Below, in pieces: positions 37,497 through 44,812 of a DNA stretch of 44,812 nucleotides (positions are counted from its first letter, which is position 1; every line of letters starts with the position of its first letter). The notes beneath the pieces were generated by a model. The model worked only from the letters and a program-made list of their open reading frames with translations, had not been told where the DNA came from and did not search any database. The stretch is taken from assembly GCA_036338695.1 (NCBI GenBank), contig JAYZBQ010000072.1, positions 1 to 44,812 of the forward strand, written 5' to 3'. This stretch comes from Myxococcota bacterium. Its GTDB lineage: Bacteria > Myxococcota > UBA4151. Position numbers and translations under genes: made by a program.

Positions 37497-39111
37497 CGCT
37501 ACCGCTCAGCACTTGCGCGTCTACGCGGCCCTCGGGCACCAGACGCTTCCCTTGAACCAGCGCATCTTGAACCATCGACGTGATCTCGGCTTCATACCGT
37601 TTTTGGTCGTCGGTGCGGCGCGACGCCGAGGTCAGCGCCAGCTTCATCCGCGGGTTGGAGCCGAGCTCGTCGTGGTGCTGGTTGAGGAAATTCCAATACA
37701 TCGCCGTCATCGGGCAATCTTTACCCGGCGTGAAGCTGCAGCCGTCGCAGTAGTCGCTCATCCGCTTCACGTAGGCGCTCCCGCTCACATAGGGCTTGGT
37801 GCTCATCAGATCAGCGGCGGCGAAGGTGCTCATCCCGAGGACGTTGGGCTCAACGACCCAGTCATACGCGTCGGTGAACATCACCCAGAACCAGTCGGTC
37901 AGCTGCCGCGGAGAGGCCCCGATCAAGACCGCCCAGTTCGACAGGATCATCAGGCGGTTAATGTGGTGCGTGTAGCCGGTCGCTAGGACCTCACCGACGG
38001 CATGATCCAGGCAGTTGAAACCCGACTCCACGCCCCAAAAGACCGGCGGTAAGTCCAGCTCGGCGCCCAAATGGTTCACGGCGCCATCGGCGCTGCGCTG
38101 AACACGCGCCTCCACCCCTTCCGGCAGCTGCCGAAAGCCGTCGCTCTGCTCGTGAACGTGCCGGACAAACTCACGCCAACCGAGCACCTGCCGCACAAAC
38201 CCCTCTTTGCTGTTGAGCGGGATCTCCATCGGCAACACCTCGTTGATCAGCCGCACCGGCGTGAGCCGACCGTTGTTCACCAGGCTCGACACCAGGGTGT
38301 GAAACAGCGTGCGCGAGTGCACGGACATGGCGTCTTCAAACGGGCCAAAGTAGGTCATGCAGTTCGCCTTGGACCACGCCCAGAGCTTCTGCGCGTCCGC
38401 CGCCGTCGTCGGCAGCCGGTCGGTGTTGACCGTACCGGGATGATCGCCGAAATTTTGCTCGATATCCTGCACGACCTCCTTGACGATCGCATCCGCCTCG
38501 AAGGTGGGGGGTGTCGGCGCCTCAGGGTAACCACTCCAGCGCTGCCGGTTGTCGCCATCCAGGCTCCAGCGCCCTCCGGTCGGTTTGCCGGTCGAGTCGA
38601 TCAGCACACCAAACTTTTTACGAACGTGGCGATAGAACCGATCCATGCGCCACTGCCCGCTGCCGCAGGCCGCCTCAAAGTCATGCGCCGTCGTCAGCCA
38701 CAGCCGGTTCGGGTGCATCACCAGCTCGCCACGCTCGACGAAGGGTGCCAGTTCGTGGCGCAGCTCGCGCTCCGCAGGCTCCATGCAATGAATCACGCCC
38801 ACATCCTTGACCACCTGCCCGAGCGCCTCGTCGTAGTTGGCTGCGAGGATGTAGCGCACTGCCACGCCGCGCCGCGCCTGCTCGAGCGCAAACTGACGCT
38901 GGTTCGCTAAAACAAGCGCCAGCTTCTGCTTGTGATACGGTCGCCGCTTCCCCTTGCCGAGGGACTCGACCATCACGATCCCAAGCTCACTCGGGTCGCC
39001 CCCGATCAAGCTAAAGGCGCCGTCGTTGAGTTGGTCATACGGCACGTACACCCAGCGGCGGTTCTCGCTCGGTGAGTTGAGCTCCCAAAGACGTGCTAGA
39101 AAGTGGCGCAT
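37489..39111 (-). CDS. Cryptochrome/photolyase family protein, FeS-BCP (CryB/PhrB-like) class
   Basis: PYDQL, YHKQKL, WRMDRFYR, GGRWSLDGDNR, FGPFEDAM, EGFVRQVLGWREF, HHINRLM, DAYDWVVEPNV and TKPYVSG motifs. Four Cys for a 4Fe-4S cluster (FNCL, DYCDGC, DCP). GGAGG RBS. Confidence 0.92.
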   Translation of the reverse strand: MRHFLARLWELNSPSENRRWVYVPYDQLNDGAFSLIGGDPSELGIVMVESLGKGKRRPYHKQKLALVLANQRQFALEQARRGVAVRYILAANYDEALGQVVKDVGVIHCMEPAERELRHELAPFVERGELVMHPNRLWLTTAHDFEAACGSGQWRMDRFYRHVRKKFGVLIDSTGKPTGGRWSLDGDNRQRWSGYPEAPTPPTFEADAIVKEVVQDIEQNFGDHPGTVNTDRLPTTAADAQKLWAWSKANCMTYFGPFEDAMSVHSRTLFHTLVSSLVNNGRLTPVRLINEVLPMEIPLNSKEGFVRQVLGWREFVRHVHEQSDGFRQLPEGVEARVQRSADGAVNHLGAELDLPPVFWGVESGFNCLDHAVGEVLATGYTHHINRLMILSNWAVLIGASPRQLTDWFWVMFTDAYDWVVEPNVLGMSTFAAADLMSTKPYVSGSAYVKRMSDYCDGCSFTPGKDCPMTAMYWNFLNQHHDELGSNPRMKLALTSASRRTDDQKRYEAEITSMVQDALVQGKRLVPEGRVDAQVLSGSGG

Positions 39112-39131
39112 ACGACCTCCTGAACCTGGCC

Positions 39132-39152
39132 ATGAACGTTTTAGTCGTTTCT
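39132..39152 (-). promoter_or_regulatory. Shared 21-bp motif, copy 1 (upstream of the photolyase operon)
   Basis: Minus strand AGAAACGACTAAAACGTTCAT, 18/21 identical to 40345-40365. Confidence 0.55.
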
Positions 39153-39300
39153 AAGCCAAAATCAACCAAAAAACGTTCAATTCATTCATAAATTAGGAAG
39201 AGGTATCGACCTGCCCGCGGGGAACCACGAGCTAAGCGCCTATTATTGCTTGGTTATCCCTGAAAGCACACCGGAGGCCAGGGATGGTCGATTTGGTCGT

Positions 39301-40233
39301 TTAGCGCCTGCGGACGAACAGCTCGACTGCTTGGAACTGCGCCCCGCGGTTGCCCGCACCGTAGGCGTTGAGCCCCCAGAGGCTGTAGGCGCCTTCGGGG
39401 TCGCGGCGCGTCCCGTAGATCACAAAGCCACCACCGCCAGCCCAGCCCGCGCAGCCGTCCTCGCCGCGTGAGATCGCCCAGGACCACAGCCGGTTGCGCC
39501 GCCAGATCTCGGCGTCGCAGCGCTCAAACTCCTCACCCTCGGTGCGGGAGTCAAAGCCGTCGCCGATCACCTCTTCGACGTCGACGCCCGGCTGCCACGC
39601 AGAGCTCGGCACGTCCGAGTAGCTCGGTCCTAGGTAGTAGCCGCCTTGTCGCGTGCCGACAGCGCCGATCAAGATCTCAAGATCACGCCCGTCCTCGTCA
39701 TCGGAGAACCAGTTCAGCGCAGCGCCCCAGCTCCCACGACCGCCCGGGCTGCCCTCGCTGTTGGACCAGGCATCCCAGACCTGGTCGCCGTAGTTCAGTC
39801 GCGCCACCTGCGTCCAACCGCCGTTGTCGTACTCCATACCGCAGAAGAGCTGCATGGGCTCAACAGGCCCTTGCGCGCCGTCAGGATCAATCCAGAACAC
39901 GTCGCTCTCGGTGTCGGGGTAATCGACGAGCAGCTGCTGGCACGACACCGCCGCCGTCTCAGCGCCCTGGCCGTCGCCGCTTGGGATGGTGATCCCGGCG
40001 TCAGCAGGCGGCCCCGCGTCGGCTACCGGCGTCACCCCTGCGTCCGAGCCAACCGGCACGCCCGCATCCGCTGCGCCCTCGACGCAGACACCTGCGACGC
40101 AGGTTTCACCGGCTCGACAAGCCGCCTGACACTCCGGAGTGGTCGGCGCCGACACCACCACAACGCCGCAAGCCGCCAACACGATCAGGCTCACGCCCCA
40201 CACCACTACATGCTTCATCGTCATCCGCTTCAC
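39301..40233 (-). CDS. Exported/lipoprotein with fibrinogen-like C-terminal domain
   Basis: LAAC lipobox-like segment; Cys-rich CQAACRAGETCVAGVC; DAG linker; SCQQLL...FWIDPDG...FCGMEYDNGGWTQV, matching the YCDxxxxGGGW-type motif. Confidence 0.8.
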   Translation of the reverse strand: MKRMTMKHVVVWGVSLIVLAACGVVVVSAPTTPECQAACRAGETCVAGVCVEGAADAGVPVGSDAGVTPVADAGPPADAGITIPSGDGQGAETAAVSCQQLLVDYPDTESDVFWIDPDGAQGPVEPMQLFCGMEYDNGGWTQVARLNYGDQVWDAWSNSEGSPGGRGSWGAALNWFSDDEDGRDLEILIGAVGTRQGGYYLGPSYSDVPSSAWQPGVDVEEVIGDGFDSRTEGEEFERCDAEIWRRNRLWSWAISRGEDGCAGWAGGGGFVIYGTRRDPEGAYSLWGLNAYGAGNRGAQFQAVELFVRRR

Positions 40234-40344
40234 TCCCCGTCAACCTATCTCCGGTTTACCCCGATACAGGCAAACCGCCACCCCCTGTTATGCCGAAACC
40301 GAAAAAACGTCCACAAACCGTTCATCAGATATTGAAATAAATTA

Positions 40345-40365
40345 AGAATCGTCTAAAACGATCAT
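40345..40365 (+). promoter_or_regulatory. Shared 21-bp motif, copy 2 (upstream of the fatty-acid modification operon)
   Basis: AGAATCGTCTAAAACGATCAT, 18/21 identical to the minus strand of 39132-39152. Confidence 0.55.
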
Positions 40366-40466
40366 CAAGAACAACAAGCAGCTCATCAGCCGAATAAACA
40401 TAAACAACTAACAATACAATATTAATAGATATTCAAGCTCAACATAACGACCACAAGAATTCACTA

Positions 40467-41795
40467 ATGAACGATTTTATTCGCACCACAAACCGAACGG
40501 AAAAGTCGATTCGAGTCGCCGTGGTCGGCGCAGGGGTCGCTGGCCTCACCGCAGCACACTACCTCGCCCGCCTGACCGATTGGGAGATCACCGTGTTCGA
40601 GGGGCGCGACCGCATCGGCGGCCACGCACACACCCACAACCTGACCGACAGCGACGGCAAGCGCTTTGCGGTCGATACCGGGTTTATCGTCTTCAACGAC
40701 CGCAACTACCCCAATTTTCGCCATCTCCTGGCGTCGCTCGAGGTGGACGCCCACGACACCGAGATGTCGTTTAGCGTCTCGCTGCCGGCACGCGGCCGGC
40801 GGGGCGGGTTCGAGTACAACGGCGGCAGCCTCCCTGGGCTGTTTGCCCAGCGACGCAATCTGTTGAGCCCAAGGTTCTGGAAGCTCCTGCGAGAGATCGT
40901 CCGGTTCAACAAGCGGGCGCTCAAAAGCCGCTATCAACCGAGCGACCGGACCGTCGGCGAATGGCTCGAGCGTTACGGATTTGATGGACCGATGGTCGCT
41001 CGTTATCTGCTGCCGATGGCGGGCGCCATCTGGTCGGCGTCGCCCAAGCGCATCCTCGACTTTCCGGTGCAGTCTCTGTTTCACTTCATGGACAACCACG
41101 GCTTATTGAGCCTCGGTAATCGGCCGCAGTGGTGCTCTCTGCGCGGCGGGAGTCAGACCTACGTCAAATCGCTCGTCGCCTCCTGCACGGCGCAGTTCCT
41201 CACCGACGCGCCCGTCGCTCAAGTTACCAAGACACCGGGCGGCCCCAAGGTGACGCTCGGCAACGGCGAAGAGCATGCGTTCGACGCCGTGGTCATGGCG
41301 TGCCACGCAGACGATGCGCTGCGTATGATCCAAGCCCCTGATGACGTCGAGCGGTCGATCCTCGGCGCGTTTGACTACAGCGAGAACAAGGTCTTCTTGC
41401 ACTCGGATCCGCAGTGGATGCCCAAGCGGCGTGCCGCCTGGGCGTCGTGGAACTACATCGGCTCGGGCGAAGGCGAGGACGACCCGATCGCCGTCAGTTA
41501 TTGGATGAACGGGCTCCAGGAGCTGAGCACCGATCAGCTGATGGTGGTCACGCTCAACCCGTCGGAGCGCCCAGCGCATATTCACCGAGAGCTGACCTAC
41601 CGCCACCCGCAGTTCGACCTCAAGGCGATCAAGGCGCAGTACCGACGAGACGAGCTCCAAGGCCGCAATGGGCTCTATTACGCAGGCGCCCACTGGCGCT
41701 GGGGCTTTCACGAAGACGGCGTGGTCTCGGCGCTCTGGGCGCTCCAAAAGATGGGCGTCAAGGTCCCCTTCCAGGGTGAAATGGAGCGCCGATGA
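40467..41795 (+). CDS. FAD-dependent oxidoreductase (COG2907 / UfaD-like fatty-acid desaturase)
   Basis: VVGAGVAGL, RIGGHAHT, VDTGFIVFNDRNYPNF, AAWASWNY, YWMNGLQ and WGFHEDG motifs. Confidence 0.9.
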   Translation: MNDFIRTTNRTEKSIRVAVVGAGVAGLTAAHYLARLTDWEITVFEGRDRIGGHAHTHNLTDSDGKRFAVDTGFIVFNDRNYPNFRHLLASLEVDAHDTEMSFSVSLPARGRRGGFEYNGGSLPGLFAQRRNLLSPRFWKLLREIVRFNKRALKSRYQPSDRTVGEWLERYGFDGPMVARYLLPMAGAIWSASPKRILDFPVQSLFHFMDNHGLLSLGNRPQWCSLRGGSQTYVKSLVASCTAQFLTDAPVAQVTKTPGGPKVTLGNGEEHAFDAVVMACHADDALRMIQAPDDVERSILGAFDYSENKVFLHSDPQWMPKRRAAWASWNYIGSGEGEDDPIAVSYWMNGLQELSTDQLMVVTLNPSERPAHIHRELTYRHPQFDLKAIKAQYRRDELQGRNGLYYAGAHWRWGFHEDGVVSALWALQKMGVKVPFQGEMERR

Positions 41796-42577
41796 GCGAT
41801 CTCGTGATCGGCCGGATGGAGCACGCCCGCCCCAAGCGTGCGCAGCGAGCGCACCGGTTCAGCTACCGATGGTTCGGTGTCGTCGCCCGCTTCCCCATCC
41901 AGCAGAAGGGCCGCTGGTTTACCCACAACCGCTTTGGGTTCTTGAGCTTTGACGACCGCGATCACGGCTGGCGCGACGGCTCCGACCCGCTGACTTGGCT
42001 CGCCGCCGAGCTGGAGCAAGCCGGAGTCAGCGAGCCGCTCGCGTCCTTTGACGTCGAGGTCCTGACGATGCCGCGGGTCCTTGGTTTTGTCTTCAACCCC
42101 GTCAGCTTTTGGTACCTGCGCAACGCCCTGGGTGAGCTCAAGGTGATCGTCGCCGAGGTGAACAACACCTTTGGCGGGACGCACAGCTACGTCTTGCACC
42201 AACAGGGCGCAACGATCACGGGCGACGAGTGGCTGGTGACCCCCAAAGAGCTCTACGTCTCACCGTTCTTTAAGGTCGAGGGCTCGTACCGTTTTTGTTT
42301 CCGGCACGGCGCCGACGCGACCGACGTACGCCTCAACCACGTCGACGCCGACGACAAGCTGCTGATCGCCACACGCGTCGGTGGGCAGCGCCTGCCGATC
42401 AGCGGCTGGCGCGTGGCGCGGCACGGGCTCGGCGCCTTGGCGCGCGTCTGGCTGGCGCTCGCGCGGATTCACATCCAAGCAGGCTTTCTTTTCCTCAAAG
42501 GCGTCCGTCTGGTCCCACGGGATCGTGGTCACGGGCGCCCCGTCAAATCCTCCACCCACACCGTGAGAACACCGTGA
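41792..42577 (+). CDS. DUF1365 family protein (UfaO-like)
   Basis: HRFSY, PRVLGFVFNPVSFWY, AEVNNTFGGTHSY and KELYVSPF motifs. Confidence 0.92.
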   Translation: MSDLVIGRMEHARPKRAQRAHRFSYRWFGVVARFPIQQKGRWFTHNRFGFLSFDDRDHGWRDGSDPLTWLAAELEQAGVSEPLASFDVEVLTMPRVLGFVFNPVSFWYLRNALGELKVIVAEVNNTFGGTHSYVLHQQGATITGDEWLVTPKELYVSPFFKVEGSYRFCFRHGADATDVRLNHVDADDKLLIATRVGGQRLPISGWRVARHGLGALARVWLALARIHIQAGFLFLKGVRLVPRDRGHGRPVKSSTHTVRTP

Positions 42578-43767
42578 GTCTACGCAATATCCTCCTCTCC
42601 GCAGGCGCCAAGCGCTTTGTTGACCAGTCGATGGGCGCCCTGAAAACTGGCCGCCTCGAGATCATCCTCCCCGGGGGCGAACGCCTTGTCCGTGAAGGCG
42701 AGCGCGAGGGCCCCCATGGGACCTTGGATGTCAAACGCTGGCGGACCTTCGCGAAGATCCTGCGCCGCGGCGACATCGGTTTTGCGGAGGCCTACATCAA
42801 GGGCGACTGGGAGACCCCCGACCTGTCAGCCTTGATGACCGTCCTTGCCAGCAACGTCGACACCTTTAACGACGACTTCGGGGCGCGCGGCATCGACCGC
42901 ATCGTCACGACGGTCAAGCACGCGCTCAACGCCAACAGCAAAAAGCAGAGCCGCAAGAACATCGAAGCCCACTACGACTTGGGCAACACCTTCTATCAGC
43001 TCTGGCTCGACGACACGATGACCTACTCGAGCGCGCTCTTTGGCGCCGCGAACGATGACCTCTCAGCGGCGCAGCGCGCCAAATACCAGCGCATGCTCGA
43101 GCAAGCCGACCTGTCGCCCGAGAGCCACATCCTCGAGGTCGGCTGCGGCTGGGGCGGCTTCGCTGAGGTCGCCGCCGAGGCGGGGCACCGGGTCACAGGC
43201 GTCACCATCTCGCCCGCCCAGCTCGAATTCGCTCGCAACCGGCTCAAAGGGGCGATCGCAGAGGGTGCGGTGGACCTCACGCTGACCGACTACCGCGACC
43301 TTAACGGACAGTACGACGCCGTGGTCTCGATCGAGATGTTCGAGGCGGTCGGCACCGAGTATTGGGCCACCTACATGCAGACGCTCAAGCGCAACCTCAA
43401 GCCGGGCGGCAAGGCGGTCGTCCAGACCATCGACATCCGCGACGACCTCTTCGAGGGCTACATGAGCCAGGCGGACTTTATCCAAACCTACATCTTCCCA
43501 GGTGGGCTGATCCCCTCGCCCGAGCGCTTCAAGGAGACGGCGGCGAGCGAGGGGCTCGAGACAATCGACAGCCACCACTTTGGCAAGTCCTACGCCGAGA
43601 CGCTCCGGCGCTGGCAAGACAACTTCAAGCAGGTGGAGGATAACGTCCGGCATCTCGGCTTTGACACCGAGTTCATCCGCCTGTGGAACTTCTACTACAG
43701 CTACTGCATCGGCGGCTTCGAGTCGGGTCGAACCGGGGTCGGTCAGCACACACTGAAGGTGGCATAA
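42574..43767 (+). CDS. cfa: Cyclopropane-fatty-acyl-phospholipid synthase family methyltransferase (Cfa/UfaM-like)
   Basis: GFAEAYIKGDW, NIEAHYDLGNTFY, MTYSSA, LEVGCGWGG, SIEMFEAVG and YIFPGG motifs. GTG start at 42574 overlaps the upstream stop. Confidence 0.88.
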   Translation: MSLRNILLSAGAKRFVDQSMGALKTGRLEIILPGGERLVREGEREGPHGTLDVKRWRTFAKILRRGDIGFAEAYIKGDWETPDLSALMTVLASNVDTFNDDFGARGIDRIVTTVKHALNANSKKQSRKNIEAHYDLGNTFYQLWLDDTMTYSSALFGAANDDLSAAQRAKYQRMLEQADLSPESHILEVGCGWGGFAEVAAEAGHRVTGVTISPAQLEFARNRLKGAIAEGAVDLTLTDYRDLNGQYDAVVSIEMFEAVGTEYWATYMQTLKRNLKPGGKAVVQTIDIRDDLFEGYMSQADFIQTYIFPGGLIPSPERFKETAASEGLETIDSHHFGKSYAETLRRWQDNFKQVEDNVRHLGFDTEFIRLWNFYYSYCIGGFESGRTGVGQHTLKVA

Positions 43768-43769
43768 CC

Positions 43770-44812
43770 ATGAGCATCGCATCCTCCGTTTACGGCCTCG
43801 CTGAGCGCGGCTATCTGCCTGACTTCTTGGTCCGCTCAGGGATCCGTCGCCTGTGCGCCGAGACCAGCCGGGGCGCGCGTTGCGGCAGCGAGCAAGAACG
43901 TGAAGCGCGCATGACCGAGTGGGTGAGCGAGATGGACGCCAGCCCAATCGCGCTGGCGCCCGCCGAGTCCAACGAACAACACTATGAGGTCCCCTCAGCC
44001 TTCTTCGCAGAGGTGCTCGGGCCGCACCGAAAATACTCCTGCGCCTATTGGGGCGAAGACACCGCCACCTTAGCGGACGCCGAATCCGAAGGGCTCGAAC
44101 AGACCTGCCTGCACGCCGATCTCCACGACGGTCACAAGATCCTTGAGCTCGGCTGCGGCTGGGGCTCGCTCAGCCTTTTTATGGCGGCGCGCTACCCAAA
44201 CGCCGAGATCACCGCCGTCTCGCACTCGAGCACGCAGCGGCAGACCATCCTCGAGCTCGCCGAGGCGCGGGGGCTGACGAACCTAGAGGTCATCACCTGC
44301 GACATGAACGACTTTGAGCCGCCGGAGCCGGGCAGCTACGACCGGGTGGTCTCCGTTGAGATGTTCGAGCACATGCGCAACTACCGGCTCTTGCTCAAGC
44401 GCATCAGCGGCTGGCTCAAGCCGGGGGGCAAGCTCTTCGTCCACGTGTTTTGCCACAAAGAGACCGCCTACCCCTACGTCGACTCGGGCGATCCCAACGA
44501 CTGGATGACGCGGCACTTCTTTGCGGGCGGGATGATGCCCAGCGATGACCTGCTGACGCGCTTTCAAGATGACCTTGAGCTCGAGCAGCAGTGGCGCTGG
44601 AACGGCAACCATTACGCCAAGACCAGCGAGGCTTGGCTCGAGCTCATGGACCGGCGCCGAGCGACCGCGTACCCTGTCCTTGCGAAAACCTACGGCGACG
44701 ACGTCAAGGTCTGGTGGGGTCGCTGGCGCATCTTCTTCATGGCCTGCGCCGAGTTCTTCGCCCTCAACAACGGCGAGGAGTGGTACGTGAGCCATTACCG
44801 CTTTGTGCGGCC
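43770..44812 (+). CDS. Second Cfa/CMAS-family SAM-dependent methyltransferase (3' end just beyond the window)
   Basis: Manual translation from ATG 43770: MSIASSVYGLAERGYLPD...NEQHYEVP...KYSC...ILELGCGWGS...VSVEMFEHMRNY...HFFAGGMMPS...WRIFFMACAEFF...YVSHYRFVR. Open to the window edge and absent from the ORF track. Confidence 0.9.
   Translation, partial: MSIASSVYGLAERGYLPDFLVRSGIRRLCAETSRGARCGSEQEREARMTEWVSEMDASPIALAPAESNEQHYEVPSAFFAEVLGPHRKYSCAYWGEDTATLADAESEGLEQTCLHADLHDGHKILELGCGWGSLSLFMAARYPNAEITAVSHSSTQRQTILELAEARGLTNLEVITCDMNDFEPPEPGSYDRVVSVEMFEHMRNYRLLLKRISGWLKPGGKLFVHVFCHKETAYPYVDSGDPNDWMTRHFFAGGMMPSDDLLTRFQDDLELEQQWRWNGNHYAKTSEAWLELMDRRRATAYPVLAKTYGDDVKVWWGRWRIFFMACAEFFALNNGEEWYVSHYRFVR

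Noticed and set aside
42295..42573. 93-aa N-terminal extension of the Cfa-like ORF
   Set aside because: Overlaps the DUF1365 gene and is Arg-rich with no motifs. GTG 42574 coupled to the upstream stop is the better start.
1..44812. CRISPR arrays, tRNA/rRNA genes, IS elements, prophage or defence systems
   Set aside because: No spaced direct-repeat array, RNA-gene signature, transposase, integrase or phage gene seen by eye. All intergenic gaps are under about 250 bp. A covariance-model scan would be needed to exclude small ncRNAs.

Overview
GC-rich, tightly packed bacterial chromosome segment with 38 supportable CDSs. I found no RNA genes, CRISPR arrays or mobile elements. The many Cys-rich lipoproteins with Asp-Ala-Gly linkers and the myxobacterial-type TonB-dependent receptor suggest a Myxococcota/deltaproteobacterial host (inference). 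Main blocks: (1) a co-oriented run of five exported proteins, two with thioredoxin-like CxxC motifs (4652-9083); (2) a putative cyclic-nucleotide hub with four class III nucleotide cyclase genes in 12 kb. It includes a tandem paralog pair whose first copy lacks both metal-binding aspartates, downstream of a sigma70-like promoter with a perfect CRP-type TGTGA-N6-TCACA box over the predicted start site; (3) a TonB-dependent receptor/lipoprotein pair divergent from alkB-tetR, with palindromic operator-like sites between them; (4) an orphan, internally duplicated mini-MotA-like membrane protein; (5) a putative light/oxidative-stress island made of an FeS-type cryptochrome/photolyase operon and a furan/cyclopropane fatty-acid modification operon, whose upstream regions share an 18/21-identical motif. 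The ORF track misses the two genes truncated at the window edges. All calls come from reading motifs by eye; no database searches were run.
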